NCBI GenBank assembly: GCA_963782915.1
Contig: CAWALK010000020.1
Coordinates: forward strand, 96,001 to 160,000
From: an uncultured archaeon
GTDB lineage: Archaea > Thermoproteota > Bathyarchaeia > Bathyarchaeales > Bathycorpusculaceae
Direction: 5' to 3'
DNA length: 64,000 nucleotides
The translations under genes and the position numbers were made by a program. Positions 20,612 through 30,840 of the stretch are shown one piece after another. The notes below the pieces were generated by a model. The model was given only the letters and a program-made list of their open reading frames with translations. It ran no database searches and was not told the origin of the DNA. Numbering within the stretch: the first letter of the stretch is position 1; the number at the start of each line of letters is the position of its first letter.

Positions 20612-22385
20612 CTAGAAGCCTACGGTGATCAAGTTGGAGAAGAGGCCGATGACTACCATCAAGACGATGCCCAGAACAACCAGTAATGCTGCATGTTTGA
20701 AGCCAGCTGAAGTTTGGCCTGTGCTGATTTTGCCGCTAACCAATCCCGTTAAAAACGCCTGCAGGACCAGTGGGGGCATGATTAATGTGGCGAAGTCAGC
20801 GAACGCGATGGATTGTGAGGCAAATGAACCCATGATGGTGCCCATGAAGTTGAGGAAGATAATGTTTGAGAAGAGCAGTATGGCGACGCCGATGTAGGGC
20901 ATGAGTACGAGTGGTTTTAGAGGTGGATTTTCTTTCTTTCTCGATTGATGAGAGTCTTTCGCTGAATCGCGTGAGCGTTTCGAGTGTTTCGGGGGTGCCT
21001 CCGCCAACCTCAATCGCATCTACAAGGACATACATGTTGATGAGGCCCATCCATGACTTGATTTTTGAGCGGAAGGTTTGGTAGACGGTTTTGAATGAGA
21101 GGCCCCAGCGGATTTGGCGTGAAGCAACATTAAGGTGGCTTGTGAAGGCGCCATAGTTTCTGCCGGCTAAGTTTTCGAGGCATTTTTCGGGTGAGGCGCC
21201 TGTTTTGCGTGCTTCGGTTAGGTCGCGGAGGAAGTTGGTGATGTCGTGTTCGATGTTTTTGCCGCGTTTGCTGTAGTAGTTATGTGCGAATGCTGCTGGT
21301 ACAATCCAGACTAGGCAGGGCGATTGAGAGGCCTAATGCTGCTTCATAGCCCTGTTGGAGGCCAAGCATTGAGCGGAGTCCAACGATGCTGTTTACGAAG
21401 GGCTCTGAAAATGGCAAGCTGAGTCCCTGTGCTGCAAACGGAGTGAAAATCGTTAACAACAAAACTATGAAGACTGGTGACATTGCGCCGAGGACTTTGT
21501 AGGCTCCCCACTCGTTAACTGGCTCCTGAATCTGGTTCGAATCCGACAAGTAGATGAAGGCTATTGCCATGCCTGGAACCAAAAAGTAAGAGTATAGCAG
21601 AAAGGTTTCTGGTGTGAAGCCGCCCTGCCAAAAAGATGAAAACGCAATCGAGACCATGTAGATGATGGTTAAGCTTAGCGTGACTAGGATGCTTAGGGCG
21701 ATGTAGGATTCCATGATGGCGGCTGCGCGGTCGCCAAACGAGCGGACTTTATTTGCTAAGTCATTAAACATTGTTTCTGTTCGGACAAAGAGGTAATGTA
21801 CTACGTCGCCGCCTGTGCGCAGTGTTGATGCGTAGCCTAAGAGTAGGTCTTTGTACTCCTTTGAGGGCATGTTCTGTGCGGATTTTTCCATGGCCGTGAC
21901 TGGGTCTAAGCCTTTGATTTCTACGTCAACTTCGATGTCTTTGACTGCTTTGGCGAGGTTGGGCATGAGTTCGGAGTTTGTGAGGCGTCTTAGGCTGTCG
22001 TAGGGTGATAAGCCGCCGGTTGCCATGGTGCTGATGTAGGTGCCTGCGAAGGGGACTTCGATGTCGAGTTTGGCTGCTCTGTCGCGTGCTTTGATTTTGG
22101 GAACAAGCATCCCCATTAAAATAACTACGAATGAGGCCAGCGGCAGCGGATACAATCCAGAAAGAACCGCGATTGGAATCAACGCCGCTATACAACTATG
22201 AATGAGAAACCCACCAGCGAATAGTATGCTTCAGGGTAGGTTTTGATGGCTGCTACCTCAAGCGTCTTATCCAATTGAATTCGTTTGTTAGAATAAAGTT
22301 TCGCCAGAGCGTTGCCTAGCCAGCTGAAGTGCTGATAAGAGAAGCCTGTTATGTTGGTTTGCTGCTGCTTGGCGGATTTGTTCAA
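20612..22385 (-). CDS. Type IV pilus platform membrane protein (TadC/GspF-like, two T2SSF domains; frameshifts)
   Basis: EVPFAGTYISTMATGG, LRTGGD, FLRDLTEARKTG, DAIEVGGG and GLVSGKI across fragments. Confidence 0.88.
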
Positions 22386-24142
22386 GTATCCGCAGGCTCC
22401 TCAGGCTGTTTTGGTTCTGCTTTGTTTTGGATTGCTGCTTGGCTCTGCACATAGTAGTTTGTGATGAATTTTGAGAGTTCAACGTTTTTGCGTATGCCTT
22501 TTTCTCGGAGGTCTTTGAGCATGGCGGCGCGGTACTGCAACTCAGCTAAAGCCTCTTTGAGTGTTGACCCATGTCTGGCTGCTAGTCGGAGCAGTTGTTC
22601 GCTTTCTTTGAAGTTTGAGTCAAAGGTGTCTTTAGCCGGGTTCCATTTGGCAACGGTGCGGTATTCTCCGTAGTCCAGGACTTCGGACAGCGCGGTGATT
22701 CTCCGGCCAAACGTCATGTTGCCATGTGCTTTGGGAAGTTGCACGCGTTCTATCATGGCGGCTACGTTGATGAGTGGGACATAGATTTTGGAGACGTTCA
22801 TGGGTGGGCTGGTTAAGCGTTTGATGGCGTAGTCGATGCTGTCTGCGTGTAGGGTTGTGAGTCCGCCGTGGCCTGTTGCCAGCGCCTGGAAAAGTACGAA
22901 TGCTTCTTCGCCTCTGATTTCGCCCACTACTATGTAGTCCGGTCTGTATCTTAGGCTGGTTCTGACGAGGTCAAATAGTGTGACTTCGCCTGTTTTTGCG
23001 GTGCCCAAGCCGTAGCTGTCTCTGCTGACGAGTTGTACCCAGTTCTCATGAGGTACGTTCATTTCTGGGATTTCTTCTACGGTGACGAGTTTCATTTGGG
23101 GTTTGACAAGGCTGGCTATGGCGTTGAGGGTGCTGGTTTTGCCTGCTCCTGTGCCGCCGATGACGGCTATGGTCATGCGGTTCTCGATGAGCATCCATAG
23201 GTAAGCTGCGATTTGGTCGTTTATTGTTCCCATTTCGATGAGTTCGATTATGCTGAAGGGTTCTTCTCTGAAGCGTCTGATGGTGAATGAGCCGCCTTTG
23301 GGTGATACTTCGCGTTTGAAGGTGGCTGCGAGGCGGTCTTTGCCGGGTAGCATGGCGTCGAGGATGGGGTAGGCGGTACTGATGTGTTTGCTGCTGAGGT
23401 GGGTGAGTTTGACGATGAGGTTATCCAGGGCGTTTTCGTCGATGAAGGTGAGGTTGGTTGGCATGGATTCGTATTTGCGGTGCCAAACATACACTGGCGT
23501 CCCTAAGCCGTTGACTGAGAGGTCCTCTATCATGGGGTCCTTCATGATGGTGTGGATGTGGCCGAAACCCAAAAAGTCCCGTTGGAGACAGTAGAGGATT
23601 CTTCCCCATTTCTCCTCATCCCACTTAGCTTTCTTAAAGAGCTTGTATTTCAAAACGAGCCGTTTGGCTTCGCTGTTGAGGTAACTGATTGGGTTTTCGC
23701 CGTGTTTAGGCGGCTCCATCTCGCGGCTAATAATTTCTGTTATCGTTCTTAGCAGCGCTTTTTCGTCTTCGGGCAGCTTGATTTCGTTTATGAAGTAAGC
23801 TTTGCCTCCGCCTAACTCCGGCAGAGACATGATGTTAACTTGTGAGTAGGGCGCTTGAATAGTGTAAGTCTCCACTAATTCAGCGTTGGTCGGTGGCTCC
23901 TTTAGGATAACCACTGGTTCTTCGGGGAGCAAGGTTTTGTTGAATATGTTATGGAAAGACTGCATTAGCCCAGATTGGCTTGGCGTTTTCTTGGCCTTTT
24001 TCGATGCGGGCTCTTCCTTCACCACTGTGGGTGCGGGGGCGTTTTCTGGTGCTTTTTCGACGAGTACGCTTGTCTGCAGTGCTAACTTGGCTTTTGTTTT
24101 TCTCTTGATAGAAGGTTTGATTATTTCTTGTTTGCCGTTCAA
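22382..24142 (-). CDS. Type IV pilus assembly ATPase (VirB11/TadA/ArlI family)
   Basis: Walker A GGTGAGKT, SLRYRPDYIVVGEIRG, TGHG and TLHADS motifs. Confidence 0.95.
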   Translation of the reverse strand: MNGKQEIIKPSIKRKTKAKLALQTSVLVEKAPENAPAPTVVKEEPASKKAKKTPSQSGLMQSFHNIFNKTLLPEEPVVILKEPPTNAELVETYTIQAPYSQVNIMSLPELGGGKAYFINEIKLPEDEKALLRTITEIISREMEPPKHGENPISYLNSEAKRLVLKYKLFKKAKWDEEKWGRILYCLQRDFLGFGHIHTIMKDPMIEDLSVNGLGTPVYVWHRKYESMPTNLTFIDENALDNLIVKLTHLSSKHISTAYPILDAMLPGKDRLAATFKREVSPKGGSFTIRRFREEPFSIIELIEMGTINDQIAAYLWMLIENRMTIAVIGGTGAGKTSTLNAIASLVKPQMKLVTVEEIPEMNVPHENWVQLVSRDSYGLGTAKTGEVTLFDLVRTSLRYRPDYIVVGEIRGEEAFVLFQALATGHGGLTTLHADSIDYAIKRLTSPPMNVSKIYVPLINVAAMIERVQLPKAHGNMTFGRRITALSEVLDYGEYRTVAKWNPAKDTFDSNFKESEQLLRLAARHGSTLKEALAELQYRAAMLKDLREKGIRKNVELSKFITNYYVQSQAAIQNKAEPKQPEEPADT

Positions 24143-24249
24143 AACAAATACAACCTTTTTTGTGATAATTGGTTACTGAAAAATAGAAAGATTAAGAAAA
24201 AATTGTTGGGGGTCTAAAAAAGGGTTGAATTAAAAATTGGTTTATAGAT

Positions 24250-24754
24250 TTATGGGAGGGTAATGACTTTTGGGTAGTCTTTGCCGCCAGTTGTATGCAG
24301 CATAATTTCAAGAGTCATTCCAGATGTGAAACCTTGAACATCTTCAGCATATGATGTTGGCAAAGTAATTACTATGGTTGTAGTTGCGCCTGGTTGCATT
24401 GCTGAAACAGTAGCTGGTGACCATGTGAAGCTAGCGGGCTTCTGTGTAGAATGTATCCGGTTTACCATTGTACATCGTTGCAGCATAGTCGAGAGTGGCT
24501 GAAGCTGAGCCAGAGTTCTTGAGGTTCATTGTTATTTTGTATGCATCGCCTGTAACACCGCTGCCTGTTACGTATGCTGTGCTAACTTCTAATTTTTCGT
24601 ATTTTGTGAATGAGCTTCCTACTCCGAGTAGCCAGTAAGCGACTGCAATGGACATCGTGATGGCGATGGCGACGATGATGATTGTTGCGATAACTGGGCT
24701 GACTGCTTTAAGGTTTCCTCTTAGGGTACGTCTTAGTTTTATTTTGAATTTCAT
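24250..24754 (-). CDS. Major archaeal type IV pilin (frameshift ~24440)
   Basis: LKA|VSPVIATIIIVAIAITMSIAVAYW class III signal; LKNSGSASATLD; C-terminal LHTTGGKDYPKVITLP. Confidence 0.88.
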
Positions 24755-24967
24755 TTTTCAAAATCTCCAAAAAGTTTTGTTTTTGTTTGTTCCTTTAAAA
24801 ATCGCGTGGTTTTTCGCTGTTTTGTTTGCAGCTTAGAACCCGTTGATTATAGTAAGCATGTAAGCGGTATATTATAATGTGGCAGACAAAAAGCTACCGT
24901 CAAGTGACCTAAAAATCGCTGTTTTGTCACAGATAACGGTTTTTTACCATACTCACAAACTGAATAG

Positions 24968-25040
24968 TTGTTGTACAACAAATTTACACTTTAAACTATA
25001 AAATCAGAGTTCTAGACCAATCTATTTTTTGTTCTAGAAC
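24968..25040. promoter_or_regulatory. Palindromic sites upstream of the pilus operon
   Basis: TTGTTGTACAACAA (24968-24981, perfect); GTTCTAGACC (25009) and GTTCTAGAAC (25031) 22 bp apart. Confidence 0.35.
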
Positions 25041-25192
25041 GTGTGGAACTATCATCCCTACCGCCCTGAAAAAACAAAAACACACATAAACCACGTTTGA
25101 TTGCTTCGTATTCAATTCAGCATGTGATTGGTTAAATGCAACAAGATACCAACATTATTACCTGAATTTTTTCATGCAAATGGTGACATCCC

Positions 25193-25405
25193 TTGCGTGA
25201 AATCTCATTCAAAACAATCTGGTTATTGGTAAAAATTTTTGCAGCCGTACAAATCTTCAACGCCGCCATGGACTATTACATGTGGTGGGCGTATGGCTAT
25301 TTGGTGCCCAGTTGGGCTCTTGCCTCTTTGATGCTTACATGTGTGGTTCTGGTTTTTACTGTTAAGGCGGCACAGGAAAAAGAAATAAAACAGCATCATC
25401 CTTAA
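25193..25405 (+). CDS. Small two-TM membrane protein
   Basis: GGTGA RBS, TTG start, two hydrophobic segments. Confidence 0.6.
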   Translation: MREISFKTIWLLVKIFAAVQIFNAAMDYYMWWAYGYLVPSWALASLMLTCVVLVFTVKAAQEKEIKQHHP

Positions 25406-25519
25406 CGGGTTTTGCTCTTTTTTTCGGCAAGCACCTTATGCGTTAATCAACGGTAAATACAATAGTCTCCTCACAAGTAGAAGTCAACAAGGCACACTAA
25501 ACACGAGGAGGCATGTTGG

Positions 25520-28500
25520 TTGAGCGATGATTTCAGCATAGAATTGCCAGACGACGGCGACGAGGAAACGGAGGGTGCCTTAACTGCCTCAGGAATCGCC
25601 GAGTACATCCGCTTCAACTGTTGCCCCCGATTCTTCAAACTAAAATTCGAAGGCAAAGAAGTCAAAAAACGCACCTGGCCCGAAGCCTTCAAACCCATCA
25701 GCCCACTCCTCTACGGCACAGGCAAAGCGCTCGAAGAGAAAAAAGTCGCAGAACTCAAAGCCAAAGCCGACCATTACCTTGACTTCACCAAATACGACCC
25801 CAACCAATACGGCAAACGCGGCTGGGAAAAAGCCGTAGACTCCATGAATAACCTCCACTATGTTATTGAAACTCAATTGGCTGCTGGGGAAAAAACCGAT
25901 GGCAAACCCGTTTTGATTTATCAGGTTCCTATGAAGGGGCCGGTTGGTGTTTGGGATGTCAAGGGCATTGCTGATTTGATTGCTGTTTGGCCGCTTAAAG
26001 ATGGCAAAGTGAAAGTTAGGATTTTTGAGTTGAAGTCCTCTTGGAAGGAACAGACGGCACACCGCATCCAAGTTGCAATCTATGTTATCCTGCTTTCCCG
26101 TGAACTGGGAATTTTAGCCTCTAAAGTTGAGGTTGAAGGCGGAGTAATCAACCGCGAAACAAGCTTAGAAAGCCTTGATCCAGATAAGCTTCCCAAATTC
26201 AAGCTAAGCCCCCTAATCCAAGACGTTGAACGCTTACTTGCCAAAAACGGCGAATTAAACCGCATCCACCAGACCCCTCTAGAAAAGGTTGAGTATCAGC
26301 TTTGCTGGCGATGTGACAACTGCGGCTTCAACGAATGCTGCATAGTCTGCGCAGTCGAAAACGAAAGCATAGCCTTGCTAAACGTTAGCAGGGGCGAACA
26401 AAAAGCCCTCGGGCACTACGGCATCGCCAAATTAGAAGACCTGGCAAAACTAAAAGCCACGATTGATACCACAAACCCGCGTCCCTACGACTTCAAAACC
26501 ATACCAGCCAAAGACCCACAGAAAGTGCATGAATTATCAACCGACCCCATCGTCGGCGCCAAACTGGATTGGCTTGTTGAACGAGCACAGTTTATGCTTG
26601 GCGGCATCCGACCCGGCAGCCCCAATGCAAGCAAAATACGCTGGATGCCCTGGTTAACAGGAACCGGTTACGGCAGCTTACCGGAAGACAGCCCATCCGC
26701 AGGCATAGATTCAGCATTACTCTATAATCCCGACGGTATGATACGCATCTACCTCTTTGTCGAATGGGACTACATGCTCGACGTGGTTTCCATGTTGAGC
26801 GCCAAGGTTAGTTGCACACGCTACAGAGGGGAACCCCTCTTTGTTTCGCGGATTATCGGAAAACTGCCCGACGACCGCAACCAATGCTTAGACGAAGAAA
26901 AAGCGCTCATGGAAGCCTTCTTCAAAGGCTTAACCGAAGCAATAACTAAAGCGGCAAATTCAGCAGGCAGCCCAGACGAGGCACCAATCCACCTGTACTT
27001 TTTTAGCCGCCAAGAACGCGACGTACTCATGAAAGCCGTCTGCCGCCAACCCTCACTTATCAGTGCAAGGGCAGTCCGCGACCTCTTCGGGCTACGGCAA
27101 GCCATTGACCAACCCATGTTCTCAATAATCCAAGACGAAGTAGCCCACCGAAAAGCCCTGCGTTTCCACAGTTCGGGGCTGCTGCCGATTCTTGACCAAG
27201 CCTGCTTCTTCGACCGCAACCAATGGAAAGCAAAACGAAAAGACGGCACCACAGTCGACCTAGCCCTGGTCTTCCGCGACGGCCTATTCAATTATTCACT
27301 TGCCTTTCCATCGAAACCCCGATGGCACAATCGCTTTCCTCAAAGAAGGACCCAACGACGGCTACTATCCAGCCCGCGCCAGATTCGGGGACCAACTGCC
27401 AATCGAATACCTCTGGGGCGCCAAAGGCCGCTTGGACAACTTCGAACAAGTCAAAGGTCCATCAAAAATCTTGCTTGACAAGCGTAAATGGTGCGATTAC
27501 ATCCAGAAGAACCGCCGAATAACCGATGAAGAACTCAATTTGATGGGACAAAAAATCTGTATGGCACTCGAAACCATTGAGCGTTCCCTGTCAATCCGTA
27601 ACAGGCGGCTGGGCAAGAAGCCGATTGCTGTCCCCAAAATCGCTGAATTCTCCCTCGGCGACGCAACACTTGGAACGTAGTTGCCGCGAATTCTTGGACC
27701 TCGAATACTTCTCCAAACGCCAAGAAATGTATCAACACTACGCCATGCTACCCTACCAACGCGTTGCCTCAGGCAGATCAGTGATTTTCCAGTGCACCCG
27801 CGTTGACGAGTTGGAGCACGATTTTATTGTCAGAGGCAAACTCATTTATGAAGGCATCGGGTTGCCCAAAGCGGAATGCGTTGCCAACGCTTGCCGCGTT
27901 AAGGGATCGGATGGTTCAAGCTCAGGCGACTGGATGGTAGTTACCGAGTTACGGCGTAATGAGCATGGACAGTTTGAGGAGGCAGAGAAACGCTCTCCTT
28001 CTGAAGTAGAAAAATCGGCCCGGGCAATCGTTGATAAAGTTGATGTGCCCAAGCTTGAAGTCACCATAAACGTTGTCAGTTGGCCTCGGGGTAAAGGCAG
28101 CAAATACAGTGCATGGCATAATCTGCCGACAACTGATCGTGAGAAAGCTCAGGGTAGCAAGTTTTTGCAGCTCTTCGAAGCAGGACGATATTATATCCTT
28201 GACGATTTAGCGGATGACATCATTTCTGATAGAGCCGCTAAATGCCTCGACTACGCAGCCAACAACGTCCTCTACCTCTTATTAGCAGAGTATTTAGCGG
28301 GTAAAACCGGCGGTTCAACACATACCGCTCTGCCACAGGCTGCGGCGGCTCCATTTCTACACTGGGTTGAAGGCAGACGATTACCGCCAAAAGCGGAACA
28401 GAAACGGTTTGTTGACCGCGTGTTTGGCAAAGAGCCTATTGTTATGTTGCAGGGTCCGCCGGGTACAGGAAAAACCGAAACCTTACAATTGGCAGTGCTG

Positions 28501-29866
28501 GCTCATATCGCCGCTCACAGAGCAAACAGCCGCTGCCGCGTGCTCATGGTTGCGCCAACCCACAAAGCCATCCAAGAATTCATCGCCAAACTCGCCCGAT
28601 GCTGGCAAGAATACACCAGCCAAGGCGGCAAAGACCTTAAAGACCTAAGAATGTTCCGCGTCTTAAGCAGTGACGTAGCCGCATGCGCCGCCGCTTGAAG
28701 GTGTCAAATACTTCAACTACAACGAGGATGAGGAGACCGTTGAGGAACTCGCCGATTGCCTAATGAATCAGGTGACATTAACGCCTAATTCAGCTGTGGG
28801 TGCACCGTTGGTTCTATGCCTTACACCGCCCGGGTTGTATGGTTTAATGAAGAAAATCGGCGACAAAGAACCACCATGGGGCGAAGGCTTCTTTGACCTA
28901 CTCGTCGTCGACGAAGCATGCATGATGCGCCTCCCCGAACTCATACTCTCAGGCAGCTTCCTAACCAAAAACAGCCAAATCCTCGTCGCAGGCGACCACC
29001 GCCAACTACCGCCCATTGTAGCGCATAACTGGGAAAAAGAAGACCGCCGCACACTCGAAGAAATGGCGTCTTTCCTCTCCGCCATGGATTTCCTTCGGTT
29101 GCTGCGCAACGAGGACTTGGGCATAGAACGCATAGAATGTAAGCATCCAGCCGACATTCCCGCTGAACGCCTATGCGAGAGCCACAGATGCCACCAAATC
29201 GTCGCCGAGTTTCTGCGGGAATGGGTGTACGAGAAGGACGAGATTGATTTCCATTCCGACCAGAAAGAACTGTTGGCGCCTGTGCATGCTAAGACGGCTG
29301 GTTTAGCGGTGGCTTTAGAACCCGAGAACGTCTTTGTTTTGATTGTCCATGATGAAGCTGAAAGTTTCCAATCCAACCTTGTCGAAGCAGCAATTGTCAA
29401 TGGCTTAGTGAGAAATGCCCCCTCAAACAGCGTCGGAGTGATTACTCCGCACAATGCCCAGAAGGGTTTACTCAAAAACATGCTCTCTGAGGGCTTCAAA
29501 GACACCCGAGTGGACACGGTTGAACGTTACCAAGGCGGCGAAGCAGACTTCATAATCATATCATCCACCGTAAGCGACCCCGACTATGTACGGAGCGAAA
29601 GCGAATTCCTCCTAAACCTCAACCGCATAAACGTAGCAATTTCGCGCATGAAGAAAAAAATCGTTATCGTCGCAAGCCGCAGCATCTTCGAGTTTATGCC
29701 CCAAGACGCCCGTGACTACGATAAGGCGCTACTGTGGCGTGGGATTTGTGAGACGGTTGGTTTCACAGCTGATTCAACGCCGAATTGGGCTGGGTTGCTG
29801 GGGGAGTTTCTCGGCGCTGAGGCTTCCTCGGTTAAGGTGGAAGTTTACGTTAAATCCACCCGGTAG
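25520..29866 (+). CDS. Nuclease-helicase fusion (~1450 aa): RecB/Cas4-like PD-(D/E)xK nuclease + Upf1/Dna2-like SF1 helicase (frameshifts ~27300, ~27670, ~28690)
   Basis: GIADLI...FELKSS...QVAIY nuclease; CCPR and CWRCDNCGFNECC cysteines; QGPPGTGKT, VDEA, GDHRQLPP, TVERYQGGE and NVAISR helicase motifs. Confidence 0.88.
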
Positions 29867-29871
29867 TTGAT

Positions 29872-29914
29872 TGGCTGCTTTTTATAAGGAGAGGGGGTAG
29901 GTTGGCAGAGCAAC
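29872..29914 (-). repeat. Dispersed repeat family B, copy 3
   Basis: Reverse complement tgttgctctgccaacctaccccctctccttataaaaagcagcca, near-identical to 41602-41644. Confidence 0.8.
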
Positions 29915-30029
29915 AAACTCGCTTGCACTAGCCGCATACGTTTCCATATACGGCTTTATATAAGGGGCCTATAGAAAAAAACCGCAACTAAGCAGAACCG
30001 CCAGCCGCTAAACAGAACTGCTGGCAAAA

Positions 30030-30112
30030 ACACTGCAATCAGCCAGCAACCTATTCCAGACGCTGAAGCTAAAAAGCAATCGGCAGTATCAACCGTTGGT
30101 TGTTATTGAAAC
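30030..30112 (-). repeat. Dispersed repeat family A, diverged copy on opposite strand
   Basis: Reverse complement caataacaaccaacgg...gattgctttttagcttcagcgtctggaataggttgctggctgattg matches the 14238 copy. Confidence 0.75.
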
Positions 30113-30286
30113 AAAAAGATTCCTCGGCAACAACCAATAAAGAAAAACGGCAAAGTAGAAAACCGAACATTTTATGAATCAACACAGAAAACCCATTAGT
30201 CTTCCCAATGCACACTTGATGGATACAAATGTTTAAACCCCTCAAGAGAACGTACAGTGTTTAATGTGTAATGCGAGGTGAAAGAA

Positions 30287-30361
30287 ATGGTGTTTGAGGA
30301 AGAAGATGAAGGAACAGAAGAAAGCGAAGACGAGACTGAATGGGAAGAAGAAGAATGGTAA
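30287..30361 (+). CDS. 24-aa hyperacidic micropeptide, not in ORF track
   Basis: GAGGTGA RBS; MVFEEEDEGTEESEDETEWEEEEW-TAA. Confidence 0.65.
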   Translation: MVFEEEDEGTEESEDETEWEEEEW

Positions 30362-30459
30362 ATTAAGCAAGCAAATCAAAGAAGCTTGCATCTAATCATG
30401 TTTTATAAAAAGAAAAAAGAAGCTTACCCGTAAACACTCTGTTCTGCAGAGGTTTACTA

Positions 30460-30744
30460 CTATTTTGTAAGCACTATTTCAATTGTTGAAACCATTCTGG
30501 ACCTAGTTTCGCCCTCTCTTGGGGGCATCTCTTCTGTTGCTATCGCGATTTTGCTTACTTTTATGTCTTTTAAGAAGCGGTTTCTTGTGATTTCAGCGGC
30601 GTCAACGGCTGTAGTTATTGCTTGTCCTCTGGCTTTCAACGTTATTTCTTTAGTGTTGCCACTTGATAGGCCTGTGATTATCGCTAGAACATAGTCCATT
30701 GGCATTTTATTTCCAACAAAAACAATTCCTGTTCTTTCTGACAT
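30460..30744 (-). CDS. albA: DNA/RNA-binding protein Alba
   Basis: VFVGNK..MDYV, LKARGQAITTAVDAAE and VSTIEIVL motifs; ends TAG-TAG-TAA. Confidence 0.95.
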   Translation of the reverse strand: MSERTGIVFVGNKMPMDYVLAIITGLSSGNTKEITLKARGQAITTAVDAAEITRNRFLKDIKVSKIAIATEEMPPREGETRSRMVSTIEIVLTK

Positions 30745-30840
30745 GTACATCACTTTTTCCTTAAAATATTATTGCTCATTATTGGGTAACCATCACTTAT
30801 AAGCCGAAGGGTCCTTTTCTGAACAAAAATGAAAGGAGAA

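Noticed and set aside
22382-24754. Archaellum operon
   Set aside because: No arlF/G/H or archaellin-type subunit; pilin and gene set fit an adhesion-type pilus
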